Origin: Eledone cirrhosa
Lineage: Eukaryota
NCBI GenBank assembly: GCA_964016885.1
Contig: OZ024741.1
Location: forward strand, 113,274,001-113,338,000
Length of the DNA: 64,000 bases
Reading direction: 5' to 3'
Shown here: one piece after another, positions 42,241 to 56,761 of the stretch
Numbering within the stretch: position 1 is the first letter of the stretch
How the letters are laid out: each line of letters opens with the position of its first letter
Program-made: the position numbers and the translations under genes
The notes under the pieces: generated by a model
The model's input: the letters and a program-made list of their open reading frames with translations, nothing else
Told to the model about the DNA's origin: nothing
Databases searched by the model: none

Positions 42241-45004
42241 TAAAGTTTCAGGCTAATTGTTTGCACAACTACCTGAAGCTCACTATTGTCTTTGTGTGTT
42301 ATTTGTATATATACATCTAGTTCATTCATCAATAGGAGGACAACCATGACTATATACATAGATTTGAGGTCTCAGATGGTGTGTCCAAGAGTGACTAATA
42401 TGTCCAATATACACACAAAACATTAATTTGTACATAAGACAATCATGGTTGGAACTGGTGTCGTCTTTGGACTTTTATTGTACTAACCTCTGCTCCTCTT
42501 GTATGATACCTGTTTTTCATATGCTAGAGGCAACTTTCCTACCTTCAATCATCATCATCTGTTTGTTGTCCATGTTGGCAAGGGCTGGATTTTATTCTGA
42601 CGCCAGCACTTACACTTTACAGAATGTATTTGGTGCATTTTATCATGGCACCAGCACTAATATTTTACAGGGTGTACTTTGTGTATTTTACCATGGCACC
42701 AGTAGTAATACTCTGCAGTGTATATTTGGTGCATTTTATCATGGTACTAACATTATCACTTTACCAAGTGTATTGGATGCATATTATCATGTCACCAGTG
42801 TTAGAAAAGTTGTCACGTACTCAGCAAAACTGAAGAGTCCTCTCTACCTTATATTGTTTCCATTTAATCACCAAGCACTTTACTTAGGATACTAAATACA
42901 TACCATACATACTAAGTGCATTCCATGTTTTTTTTCAATTTATAAAATGTATCCTTCAAGCAACAATTTCCTATTAATGAAGTATTTAAACTTTTAAACA
43001 TTGTATAGAGAGCAATATTAATTTGCAATACTATTTAGGAATTGAAGTATATTATAAGTGACTTCATATCTTTGTAAAATATCCCATGGTTCTGAACTTA
43101 ATATTACCATTTGGTACTTCTAGCTTTAATTCAGATACTTGCTTGTTTTCAGCATACACACATATACACAGAGACACAACACACACTCGTATATAGACAC
43201 ATACCACATACACGAAAGCACACATAAACACAACACATGCATACACACATATAGACACATGACGCACACATATAGTCACACACCAAATGCGCATGAGAAG
43301 TGAATTGCTTTAAAAAGTGAACATTATATTTTGGTAAGGATGATATTTTGAACTTGTACTAATGCAATATCATTTCTCACTTAGAACTACTGCCACATGA
43401 TATGGAATTTCTTATGTCTGACATATGAGCAGCAACAGTAGATGGCCACACAGACAGACGATGTTCCCATTTTCTTATTTTTTTTCCTCTCATCTATCAT
43501 CCTATTTCTTCTCTTTAACAAACATCCGCCCTTCTCTCACTTATTCTATCTTGCAAGGAAGGACTGAGGTCCCAAACATTAAAACTGTCTTCCGACAAGA
43601 TCAAGTGTTTAATATTTATCCTAATTGTGTTGAATTGTTCTCCTGTGTGTTTATTTCCTTTACTTTTCTTACACACACACACATGCAAACAAATATTTAC
43701 ACATACTCATATACAGATACACACATATACAAACCCATGCACAGAGAGAAACATATCACACGCTTATCAAAACTATTTACACACACACATACATAAAACA
43801 CACAAACATATAAATACACATACATACACACATAAGTATATGTATCTACATACATATATCTACACACACACACATACAAACATATCTACATGCACATAAA
43901 TATACATACAAGCACACATAAGTGCACACATGCATAAAACTCACATATCTGCCCACACATTCAAACACATATACATATATGTACATACTCACATAGAAGC
44001 ATACATAACTACACACACACTCATGTACACTCTGACACAAATAAACTTTCATGTGTGTGATGGAATGAATTATTTTCAGATTTTCCCAAATGATAATGAA
44101 GCTATGGACTTTTATGGGTCATTTTTTTGTACTTTTCATCTTGTATGTCTTGTCTTTTATATTTATTTTCTTTTGTTATCAATCTTCAAACATAATTCAA
44201 CGTTAATTGAGTTATTTCCCCATTTCAGTCACATAACTAACATCTACAACCCCTCACTTCCACATTGACATCACGCCTTCACCTCCACCATAAACATCAC
44301 AACCATCACCTCCCCCATCAACAACATAATAACCAGTACCACAAACACTACCATTGCTACAACCATCATGTCAACTAGCAGCAACACCACCACCACAAGT
44401 ACCAGCGCTCCCAAAACGATAACCATTACCACAACAATCACCACTACTAGCACCAACAACACCACCACTACCAGAACCAACACAACCACTGGCATCACCA
44501 CCACTACAAGCGCTACCATATACCATGAAATACCCTACCATATCTTGTAAATTGAAAATTTACTGACTTGAATATTAAAAACCATGAGTGTGTGTGGTTA
44601 AGAACTTTGCTTTGCATGTAGTACTTAGTTCAGCCCCACTGTGTGGAACGATGGGTAAGAGTCTTTTACAACAACCTCAGGTTATCAAATGCCTTGTGAA
44701 TGGAATTTGGGAGATAGAAACTGCAAAAGCTTAGTACTATACACGTGACATGTACATAAAATAAAAATGCATTAGGTGCCCTTTTCATGTCTATATCATT
44801 TTTCATATATATATATATATACACACACACACATACATACATACGTATGAATGCATGTGTCTATGTCCTGCTGTGTGGTAGCTCCTAAAAAAAGTGATTG
44901 GTGAAATATCTGCCAGATTGAATAAAATAAGTACTGGGGCCGATTGACTAAATCAAGGTGGAAGACTTGCATTGATAATGATGGAAAGCAATAAAAGAAT
45001 GAAT

Positions 45005-45041
<37 letters not shown>

Positions 45042-46310
45042 CACCCAGTACACACTGTAAAGTGGTTGGTGATAGGAAGGGCATTCAATCATAGGAATCT
45101 TGCCAAACAAAGGGTTGGGAAGACCTTCAGTTGTGTCAAAGGCATGACAGTCTCTCCTGAACACTCGATGGAACGTGAGACCATACATAAGCGCACAGGT
45201 CCTTGGCTTGCCTGGGAGATCAGTGGTTCTGCTTCAGTACAGACTTGGTCTATATGGACCTGTTCAACCCTTGCTAGCAGCGAAAGCAGATGTTAAAACG
45301 ATGATGATGATGATTATATATATATAGTTAGTTTCTCTGTTATTTTGGATACATGTGAGTGTATTTATTATGAAAGGAAAAGAAAACCAATCCTTTAGAG
45401 TGCTTGCATTGTTTTTTAACCCTTCAGTTTCTTTTCTGCCGCCATTAGAGGTTATTACTTCAATTATGAGCCAAATGAGGGAACTTCTACATCACTGTTT
45501 GACTCTCTAGATATAGCAGCTAAATCTTACTTAAATCACACTAATTCATCTTAATGAAAGAAAGACACTAGTTCTGTATTCTGTGTAAGGAGGTGAATTG
45601 GTAGAGTCATTAGGACGTTGGATTGAATGCTTTGTGGTATTTATTATGCCTCTCAGCTCTCTGAGTTCAAATCCCACAGAAGTCAACTTTACCATTCATC
45701 CATGCAAGGCTAATACAAACGTATCAGTCTAGTACTGGGGTCAATTCTTCCTTTATATCTCTTTATCACTTCCATTCTCTCTTTCTCTATCTTTCTCTGG
45801 AGGAAATGTGCTGTATTGGAGAGGAGATGGGCTCTGTCAGGTTTAAAAAAATGCCCTAGAAAGGCTGTATGTTAGTATGGCACCCCTACGACTTCCTCAT
45901 GAGTTATGGGACCATAGAAACATACTGTGTAAGATGGCAAACTGGCAGTCATTAAGGTACCTGATAAAAATGCTTCAGCTCTCTGTACTCTGAGTTTAAA
46001 TCCTACTGATGTCAACTTTGCCTTTTATAAATTACCAGTCCAATTCTTTCTTGCTACCCCCCTCCCCCTCTCTCTCTCTCAAAGAAGAAGAAATTAGTTG
46101 AATTCAGACCTGGAGAGGGATGTCCTCCACCAGATTTAAAAGGCACAAGTACAGTGTCAGAATAGTGACCCTTCAACTCTATCTGGAGTTAAGGGACCCT
46201 GCCTTTCCTATATACTGTGTATTTTAGTCTGGATTAAAGATGGGATTGTCATAGGCGGAGTGTATTTGACAATAGTTTGGCTCAGTCAGACAGAAGTACA
46301 TGGGGCCAAA

Positions 46311-46340
46311 CAACAACAACTGCTGCTGCTGCTGCTGCTG

Positions 46341-46391
<51 letters not shown>

Positions 46392-46500
46392 TTACCACCA
46401 CAACACTACACAAAATTCTACCCTCACAAATACAACTACCTCTATCATGCACATATACACCACCACCACTGCTACTACTACTAATAATAATAATACTTCT
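46311..46500. repeat. Compound trinucleotide microsatellite (CAA)(CTG)(CTA)(CCA)
   Basis: Direct reading. Confidence 0.95.
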
Positions 46501-46858
46501 CTTCTCGCCCTCCTCATACTCTGTTTACTAGTTCCATTCTGGTCAGCCATTTGATCTTTCACATCACAAGCCCTCCTACAAAACACAAAACAACTTTTTT
46601 TTCTCATATTGGTAGTTAAAATGATCACTCCCCTCTCACAACACTCCCATCACCATCAACACACACACTTATCTCCTTTTTGACATCACCTCCCTGACCC
46701 CCTCCTCCAAGAATGCACACACAGACACACAAAAGAACACACACACACACACACACACACACAATGTCTATCTCCCTTTTGATATGATTTCCTGCTCACC
46801 CACCCTCACATTCAGGCAATACAAACACACACACACACATATATATATGTATATATAG

Positions 46859-46911
<53 letters not shown>

Positions 46912-47129
46912 CACACCTTTCTATTGACATTTCCTCCCTACCCCTACCCACAACAACACACACATATATACACATACACATACACACATGTCTATCTCCC
47001 TTTTGATATAATTTCCTGCCCCCCCCCCCCGACCTAACAGACACACACTACACATAGATATATACACACACACTTACCTCTCTATTAACATCTACCCACC
47101 CTTACCCACATCAATACACACACACACAC

Positions 47130-47161
<32 letters not shown>

Positions 47162-47843
47162 TCTCCTTTTGGCCTCCTCCTCCTCCTCCATCACCCCCCC
47201 CCACACACACACACACTTCTTTCAAACAATGCTGAAGAAATATAAAGAATATCTTGTGATTTCAATGGAATTATCAGAGCCAGAATCACATTACTTTCAA
47301 ATCTTTTAAGTCTTACTCTCTCTCTCTCTGTCTTCTCTCTCACTGTATTCCCCCTCTCTCTTCTCTCTCTCTCTCACTCTGTATTTCTTTCACTCTCTTT
47401 CTCTTTCTCCCTCCTTCCCTCCATAATCTTCTAATTCCTTCTCTTTCAAACTTCTTCCATTCACACATACACAGATACAGACTCTCTTTCTCTCACATTC
47501 AATGTATCATCTCTCTCTCTCTCTTTCTCCCCCCCCCTCTCTCTCTCTATCTATCTATCTATCTATCTATTTATCTATCTATCTATCTCTTTCTCTCCTA
47601 CCCATCTTTCATAAACTTTCATTTTTGAACTTCTTGGTCAGGTTTTTCTATTCATTGTTGTTATTGTTGTTGTTATTCAGTATTTGAAGTGGAGTAGTAT
47701 TCAACTAAACATTAATTTAATCATGAAATGTAATAATTGTATTGTTGTCTATGCAGTGTGAATGCAAGGTGGCTTTCATTCATGAATAAACATGAGAATT
47801 CATTCGCCAAAATATTAAAAATAAAAACAATAATAACAACAGC

Positions 47844-47898
<55 letters not shown>

Positions 47899-49159
47899 GT
47901 AACGATAAAATTATTAATAAATAAAAAGCTGAATGAGGGGAAAAATCTCAAAATTATATGTCAATATGTTTAAGATTTCATGGGAATGCAAACTTAATTT
48001 TTATTCTGTTAGAGTCCTACCCTCTTGTTGCTATGAGTGTTGTTTCTGGTGCATATAATCCCCCAAAGTAGGTAGTGAATTGGCAATCATTAGAACATCA
48101 GATTAAAATGCGTTGCAGTATTTCTTCTGACTCTCTGCATTATGTGAAACAAATTCTGCTAAGTCATCTTTGATTTTCATCCTTTCGGTGAATGAACCAC
48201 CAGTCCAGGGAGATGGATTAATGGAACAATTAGAGCATTGGACATGATGCCTTGCAGTATCTCTTTCAGCCCTTTGTATTTTGGAATCACTTGGAACACC
48301 ACTGCTGCTAAATTGAATCAGCCTTTGTCTTTCCTTTGGACAATATTGGTGATGTGGCGAGGGAAAACTTGCATGCATGTGTGATTTCTGGTCTTCCACA
48401 AAACACTTAGCTCAGGCTTGTCCTTTAAAGAGAAACATTCTAGTTACAGACCCATAGGCAGCCATGAATGAAGGGCGCCATGCAATCCCCAAGAATCAAA
48501 GTGCCTGGTGAAATATTGATGATTTAAGTATGATAAAGAGCTGTAGTAAAGAAAAAAAATATTCTTAAATTTTCCAAACCTTGCTAGTAAGGACAGCAGA
48601 AATTAAATGATGATGATTATTATAATTATTCTTAAAATCCCCCCCCCCCCCTGCTGCAGAAGACATAGTACAGTGCTGTTCAACTCATATTCTTATAGAT
48701 AGATGATCCCTTTGATACCCTCCCCCTTGAAGTTCTTAGCTAAGAGCAAACAACTCACTTTCATCAACCTAGAAAAGCATAGAAGTTCATTAAGGTTTTA
48801 TAGCATACAAGCAAAAATACATCCCCATCCTACTACCCCTACCCCCACCCCCATCTACACCACCCCTTTCTCTGTAAAGTTATGTTGGTACCACAACATC
48901 CAGTCCTAAATAAATGAGGTTGTGTAGGTGTCACGACAAAAAAAACACAGTCCACGCTGTAATGTGGCCGTGTAGGTAACACGGTAAAAACCTCCCAGTC
49001 TACACTGTAAACGTGGTTGATGTTAGGAAGGGCATCCAGCCGTAGAAAACCTGCCAGACAGTCCTATACGAGCAAGACAACCAATCTTGCCTCAAGTGGG
49101 ACAATTCCCGTCTAAACCCATGCTAGAGTGGAAGATAGACGTTAAACGGTGATGATGAT

Positions 49160-50030
49160 AATCTAGGTGTCCATCAGTGCTAAGTTCTTGCACCCCCAGT
49201 CCTGTTTATAATATTTCTCCAGGTTATAAAAAAGGAGTTTAAGACTGACGGCTAGCTATGGGAACTCCTGTATGCTGATGACTTGTTTTATTGTTTACAG
49301 TTGAATCTATCAAAGAGAAGAGTTAAAGAAGAAATTCTAGTCATGGAATCAAAAACTAAAATGAAATGGGTTTTAACCCTTTAGCATTTAAACTGGCCAT
49401 AACCAGCCAGAATTCTCTTACCTCTTTCTTTTCAAACAGGCAGTAACCAACTGCTCATATTTATGTTAAGGTATTGTTCTCAAAAGAAATAATATCAAAA
49501 TCTCGTAGATTTAATATTATGTGAGATATTTATGTGAATTAAAGTGTTTACTGTGAAATACAATAGTAAATATAAAGTAATGTAAATGCTAAAGGGTTAA
49601 AGTAAAACGAGTAAAAACAAAGTTTTAGGGAGAAAGAAAATAATTTCTACAGTCATCTGAAAATCAGCAATTTTTGACATGCAGAAAAAGGAGTTGGTAG
49701 AAATTCTATATAAGTATACATGAGGTGAATTGGGATCACAGACAAGCTGACAGAGAAAGACTTCATAGGCAGCAGATATGCAGGTGGATCTAGCAGTAAG
49801 AGCATACACAAAATAAATTCTTTGGTGTGTTCAGAAGGGTCCCTAGAAATAGTTAATAGCTTTTGTTTCCTTGATGACTTACTTAGAAGTAGAGGAGGGT
49901 ATTCCAAAAATGTAGAAGCCTCAATAAGAATGGAGTGGAAAAAGTTGAGGAGCTATTTATTTATCTCTGAGTGAAGGACAGGCAGTATAGCCCTTATGTA
50001 TGAAGCATGATATTGTATAGTAGCAACACA
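49160..50030 (+). mobile_element. Highly degraded RTE RT fragment interrupted by a TTAA MITE
   Basis: GVHQ..WELLYADDL (TGGGAACTCCTGTATGCTGATGACTTG) and later GWKKLREL; homologous to 54316-55720. Confidence 0.7.
49377..49596. mobile_element. piggyBac-like TTAA MITE (220 bp, complete)
   Basis: TTAA|CCCTTTAGCATTTA...TAAATGCTAAAGGG|TTAA. Confidence 0.92.
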
Positions 50031-51119
50031 TGAGCATTGAATATGGAGGATACGTGAAGGCTGGAAAGAAGTGAGGAAAGAATGCCCCACTGGATGTGTA
50101 ATGTTAACAATGGGTAATAGGAATAGAGCCAATGATGAAAGGTGTGAAGAGAAATTTAATGAGATGGCTGGGCCAAGTGTTAGGGAAAGATGAAAGTGAC
50201 TGGGTGATAGGAATAGAACCAGTGATGAAATGTATGTAGAAAAATGGAATGACATGACAGCTTTGTAATGAAGAAAAATTATAGTGACTGGGTGAGAAGA
50301 GTGATGAAAATGAATGTGGACGTATGTAGAAGAAAGGGAGACCAAGAAAGACATAACAAAAAACAATGGAGGGATAATGAAAGTCAGAAGCTGGTGAGGG
50401 ACTATGCAGCAAAAGAGTAGGGCCCACATTATAACTTCTGCATTGTAACTGGCCTTGTATTTCCCATTTTTTTCTTATTTTTGTATTGCTTGCCTCTTTT
50501 TCCCTTCTTTTTCCTTCTCTCTCAATGTCTTTCTTTGGTTTTTTTATTTCTTTATTATAAGGGGGTATTAGATATTTTTCCTAGTCTGTCATGTCTTAAC
50601 AGCTCTATATTGACATTTAAATTCATTAAATAAATACATAAGTAAACAGCCTTAAAAATGCATATTGTTGAAGTATTCACAAAGAATGTAGTATATTGTT
50701 ACACCATAGATCTTCATTATTTCTCTTATATGTTGGCAGATATGGCTACACAAAAATGTCATACAAAAGTAAAATGCATCGAAAGATGTTCATTTTTGTC
50801 ATAAGAGATATGGTTGCTTTTTGTTGCTCTTGTTGAAGATAATACTACAATCATTATGATAATGGTGATGGTGGTGTTTGTTTTAAAAGCTGTTTCTTGA
50901 GTTGTAAATGTTTTTTTATCAACATGATATAGTTGATGTGTCATATTATTACAGTCAGCTAACAAAGACAAATTAGATGGTTGTAAACCAACTTAGCATT
51001 GGAATAATCTACTGTAGGTAGTGTTGGTTGCTCACTGATTGTTTCTTCTTTGAGTAATATCTTTGCTGGGAAACACTGCAGAAATTTGTTAAGAAAAATG
51101 GAAGGTTTAAAATCTTGCC

Positions 51120-51385
51120 CAATATTGTCATTGTTATCATCATCGTTGTTATCATCATGTCCACCACCACCATCATCATCATCACCATCATATTTGTCAT
51201 TATCACCATCATATTTGTCATTATCACCATCATCATCATCATCATCATCATCAGCATCATTATCATCATAATCAGAATCCTCCTCTTTCTCATCTTCCTC
51301 CTCCTCCTCATCATCATCATTACCATCACCATGGCCATCATCATCATCATCATGACCACCATCATCATTGGTGCCATCATCTTTA
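51120..51385. repeat. (ATC/ACC)n low-complexity tract
   Basis: Direct reading; source of spurious poly-I/M/S ORFs. Confidence 0.9.
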
Positions 51386-51988
51386 CAATATTTTTTGTTT
51401 CTGTTGTTCTTGTTACAGATATTACCATAAATAATTCCAGATCTTTGTTTCAGTTGAACAAAACCATTGTTTTACTGCAGCAGAGAGCAGCCATATTGTA
51501 CATGTTGAGTATTTTATATGTTGTCAGTGGTAACATAAATTTACTAAAGATTGCCTTATTTATTTTTCTCAAAAGTTCTGTGTGTATGTGTGGGTGTTAG
51601 TATATGTCTTTATATGTGTGTGTATTAATGAAAGTGTTTTTTATGTGTGTCTGTATGTATGTGCATGTGTGAGTGGTTGTGCATGTATGATTGGTTGTGC
51701 ATGCATATGCGCATATATGTGTGTGTGTGTGTGTCTGTTATCTAGTATAGGTATGCTTATCTAAACAAATCAGAACTGCTATTTTGCTTTATATACATAT
51801 GCACACACACAGATACACATACACACCTTACCCTCATCATAATATTTACATGAATTTATGCCTCCTATGACCGTTCTCTTGTACAACAGCTCTACGGAGT
51901 TTATGTGGAATATATGGTTACTCTATTCCTGTGAATGTGTGTGGTTTTGCATATGTAAATGCATGCCTCTATGTAATCATACATACTG

Positions 51989-52019
<31 letters not shown>

Positions 52020-53161
52020 TAAATACTAATGCTGCTGCTGCTGATGATGATGATATGTATATATATATATATATATAAATATATCATCAGCGGTAGCATT
52101 TAACATCTATTTTCCCATATTTGCATGGGTTAGACAGATTGTCAAATGAGGAGACAAGTTAGGTCAGGTGACCACATCTTGCTCATACAGATCTGTATTT
52201 TGTTTTTATTTCTACAGCTGGATGCCTGTCCTAACATCAACCACATTACAGTGTGGGCTAGATTCTTTTTATTGTGGCACCAAAATGACCATTTAACAAG
52301 GTGGACCTGGTGTTTTATGGCATGTCACCAGCAGCATGGTCACCATACAGGGTGGACTGGGCATTGTTTGTCATGTTACCAACACAACCACATCACAGGG
52401 TGGGCTGGGTGTTTTTTTCTTGTGTCACCAACAAGACTACCTTACAGAGTGGATTGGGTGCTATTTCTTATCATGTTACCAACACAACCTTACAGGGTGA
52501 GCTGGGTGCTTTTTTTACTTGTGTCACCAACAAGACCACACTACAATGTGGATTGGGTGCTTTTTTTGTTGTAGCAGCATTATTGTGGGAAATCATATGG
52601 AGAACATGTCCAGCTTTTCATGAGAAGTGAGGGTTGGGTTTGGTATGAAATGAGCATGTTAGACATGGATGGGATGAGTGGAATATTTAGCTGGTAAGAG
52701 GTGGGTATTATGACTGGGGCGAGTGAATGGGGTAGGGGAGGTATGGGTGGAGGTGGGATGTATATATATATATATTGAAGAGATGTTGACATTTCAGTTT
52801 CAGGAAGCAAGCATATCAAAAACAAAAGCAAGACTATATTTTTATTTATATTTAAATATCTGTCTGACCATAAGGAATTGGATAACTATTACATAACGAC
52901 TTTTTCATGCTTTTGAAATGTACATAATGGGAATGATGCAATGAAATAAACTGATGTTGTAGATGTGATACTGTCTCTCTTCCTTTTTCTTAATATATAT
53001 ATTTATATAAATGCATATCTCTACATAAATGTGTGTCTATATCTATATATATATATATATATATTACTAAAAATAATAAGAATGTCATGTCTCAAACAAA
53101 ATTCAGACAAGTGCAAGGAAAGCTGTAAGAAAGATGCTAAGAAAGAAATCTGAGAATTTAT

Positions 53162-53434
53162 TATAAAATTAAAAAACGATTGTCATATTCCATAAATATA
53201 TCAAACATTAACAGGAGATAATTTGTAAAAGGATGTAAGAATATATAATTCAAAATGGCGGCATATGTGAATTGTAAATACCTGAATTTCAGTAATTATT
53301 CATATGAATAATTACTGAAATTCAGGTATTAACAATTGAATTATGCCGCCATTTCGAATTATATATTCTTACATCCTTTTACAAATTATCTCCTGCTAAT
53401 GATTGATATATTTATGTGTATGTCAATGGTTTTT

Positions 53435-53445
<11 letters not shown>
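53162..53445. repeat. ~284-bp loopless palindrome centred at 53303/53304
   Basis: Perfect core AATACCTGAATTTCAGTAATTATTCAT|ATGAATAATTACTGAAATTCAGGTATT; outer arms have scattered mismatches. Confidence 0.95.
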
Positions 53446-53465
<20 letters not shown>

Positions 53466-53954
53466 AACAAATAGTAAAATAGAAACGAATACAGTAGAAA
53501 ATGCAGGAGGGATTTTTTCAGTATAATATCAAAACATTTATTTATAAAGTGAGGATTTCCGCATTTAATCGTCTACCAGTTTCAGCATTATATGCTTTTT
53601 CAACGATAGAAGTGTAAAGTGCAGATAAATTGCATATTTCTACGAATAATAATGAAATGGACAAGAAAAATTATTAGTTTTTACATACATATTTAGAGAG
53701 GAAAGTTCATATTTCTGTCCGAAGCTCTCTTTCGCTCTCTGCTAGTGTTGACCAACAGAGGTGGTAGTTATATATATATATATATATGTGTGTGTGTGGT
53801 AGGGTGGGGGGTGTATATATATATATGTGTGTATGTGTATATTTATATACATGTATATATATGTGTGTGTATATATACACGCAGGGAAAAAGTGGATGTA
53901 AAATGAAATGATGAAATGATGATGAATGTATATGTGTATATATATATATATATC

Positions 53955-55809
53955 ATCATCATCATCATCATCATCACCGTTTTACGTCCGTTCTTGCAGG
54001 CTAGCAGGGGTTAGACGGGTTGTCCTGTTGTGAGCAGTGTCTGGTCGGCTGACCATGCCTTGCCCATACAGGAACGGATTTGGCTTGATTTCTACAGCTG
54101 GATGCCCTTCCTAACACCAACCTCATTTACAGTGAGTGTTGGGTACTTTTTCGTGGCGCCTACACGTCCACTTTACAGTGTGGGCTGGGTGCTTTTTTGC
54201 TGTGGCACCTCCACGACCACCTTGCAGTGGGAGGGTGTGGGGGCATATTGTCTATATGCTTCAGCTTGTACCCATGGGAGGTCGGGTACTCTGTATTACT
54301 GCATGACGCCAGAAGTCACGGTCGTGTGTCATCGACTTCTAGTGCTCTGCACCTTTTTATGCAGCTGTCATCCTTCATACGCATCACATGTCCATACCAA
54401 TGCATCCGCCTCTCCTGCACACAGCATTTGATTCCTCTTATGCTCAGTCTCTCTCTCAATTCATTTATGCTTTGTCGTTCGCGTATATTACTATTACACA
54501 TCCATCGGAGCATGCAGGCTTCATTTCTCTCTAATCTATGTAACATTGCTGTTCGGATACACGCATCATACAGTCTGCCTTTCATTTTGAGGGAGAAGCC
54601 TTTTGCATCTAGCAGTGGTAGTAGTTCCCTGAACTTCTTCCATCCCGTTCTTACCCAAGTTATTGTACTTTCTGAACACCCACCTCCACTGCTAATTCGG
54701 TCACCTAGGTAGCAGAAGCTGTCTCTGTCTCTACAGAGCCCTCCCAGAGATTGGTGGTACTTGTTTCCTGTGGCTGTTTGCTGCTTGCTGTCCCAGTACA
54801 GCTGCTCCATGTGAAGCCTACATTCTTAATTAAGCTTCCTGAGATCCCGCTACATCTCTTGTGTACTCATAGTTTGAATTTGGGGCAGAGAATAGAGTTC
54901 CTACCTACACCTTTCCTACATACTGAGCAAGGCCATTTCCCTGAGGGGATCTGGGTTCTGTTTTCTCGTCTACTTACAAGAACCTTAGTCTTTGTCATGT
55001 TGACTTTGAGACCCTTTCTTTCTAGTCCCTGCTTCCAAGTTTGGAATTTCTCTCTAGTTCTACCATAGATTCAGCTATAAGTGCGAGGTCATCAACATAC
55101 AGGAGTTCCCATGGGCATCCGGTCTTAAACTCCTCTGTTATTGCCTGCAGGACTATGATGAACAGGAGAGGGCTAAGAACAGAGCCCTGGTGGACCCCAA
55201 CCTGTACGCTAAATTCCTTGCTATACTCATTGCTAATCCTAACTTTGCTGACTGCTCCCCTATACATGGCTTGTACAGCTTTCACAAGCCATTCATCTAC
55301 TCCTAGTTTTCTAAGAGCCCACCAGATTACAGCACGTGGAACTCTGTCAAAGGCTTTCTCGAGATCGACGAATGCCAGGTAGAGTGACTTACTTTTAGCT
55401 AGGTACTTTTCCTGTAACTGCCTCACAAGGAAGAGGGCATCAGTGGTGCCTCTTCCTGGTACAAACCCAATTTGCATCTCATCTAGTTTCACCCGGTCCC
55501 TAATCAACTGTGCTATAACTCTTTCTGTTACTTTCATGACCTGGTCCATCAGCTTTATACCTCTATAATTTCCTCTATCGAGTGCATCACCTTTACCTTT
55601 GTAGCAATTGACAATGATGCTACTGCACCAATCTTTTGGTATGACACCTTCTAGTATTACCTGGTTAACAATACGTGTGGTTATAGTGTGACCTACAGAC
55701 CCAGATGCCTTCAGCCTCACGGCAGCTATTCCCCATCTTCATATCTTTGATTGCCTTACTTACTACGCTGCTGCTGACTTGTACTGCTGGCCCCTCTATA
55801 GGGTCTACT
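53955..55809 (-). mobile_element. 5'-truncated RTE-clade LINE (RT, PHD-like finger, 3' UTR, (TGA)n tail)
   Basis: ORF 55022-55720 (YKGKGD..NYRGIKL, QIGFVPGRGTTDA, AFVDLEKAFDRV, GVHQGSVLSPLLF, LYVDD) and ORF 54316-54810 (FCYLG..GWKKFREL..WYGHVMR), with frameshifts and a stop. Confidence 0.95.
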
Positions 55810-56748
55810 TGTTTGGAAAGAGAGATATATATTTTAATTTTAATTATATCTCATATAAAATAATACAACTGGCTTTCCACAAAATACATATAGTTAGCAC
55901 CCCAAACATATAATTGGGATTATACTAAGGTATATCCTAATGTTTGTTGAGTGAGATGGTAGCCAGTCAGAGTAAAGCTTAAGGCTTTCTCTGTTAATGT
56001 ATTGAATATTTTACTCTTGATTTGGCCAGAGATAAATTTTTCCAGATACCTTTTAAGCATAACTTTCTGTATTTACTATTGTTATGAAATATTGATTGTT
56101 ATTTTGCTATCATATCTCTGTTTTTAGCCTAAGAAAATATCTATATGCGTGTATAATTAATACATGCATACATTTATTTTTTTTAAATTTAATTGAGTTC
56201 TTAACACACAGGGTTAAAATTGTTGAAAAAATTTAATTCACCCACGTGTATATTATTTTACTTTCTTGTGTTTCGCGATTGCCTCCCTTTTCCGCTTTGT
56301 GACGCTGTGAAATTCCTCATTCTGAGACTGCTGGAATTTCAAATTTGGCGGTCATTATGATGCGTGGAGGGATAACTAGCTGACACAAAAAATGACATCG
56401 GTAAGGAATTTTTTATTATATCAATGTTTGACGGGCATCCACTGATGATTTATAAGTGCCCACCTGCATATGTTCTTACAGAAAAATATGTTGGCTTTTA
56501 CATAACCCGGATACATTCTCCCAACTTGTAAAAAAAACTTATAATGAAACAATTGTTTGGAAAGAGAGATATATATTTTAATTTTAATTATATCTCATAT
56601 AAAATAATACAACTGGCTTTCCACAAAATACATATAGTTAGCACCCCAAACATATAATTGGGATTATACTAAGGTATATCCTAATGTTTGTTGAGTGAGA
56701 TGGTAGCCAGTCAGAGTAAAGCTTAAGGCTTTCTCTGTTAATGTATTG
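55810..56748 (+). mobile_element. Non-coding hammerhead-bearing tandem element (retrozyme/PLE-pLTR-like), 744-bp period
   Basis: 55810-56004 is repeated at 56554-56748 (offset 744). HHR at 56438-56561. Ends in (TA)n. No ORF of 60 aa or more in the track. Confidence 0.8.
56438..56561 (+). ncRNA. Type-I hammerhead ribozyme motif with very long stem II, core intact
   Basis: TCCA-CTGATGA-T-TTATAAGT..(~79 nt)..ACTTATAA-T-GAA-ACAATTGT-T-TGGA; predicted cleavage after GUU at 56557. Confidence 0.72.
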
Positions 56749-56761
56749 TATATATATATAT

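Noticed and set aside
44271-44550. Mucin-like Thr-rich ORF
   Set aside because: Degenerate (ACC)n tract without supporting exon context.
51009-51600. Long hydrophobic ORFs (poly-I/M)
   Set aside because: Translations of the (ATC)n microsatellite.
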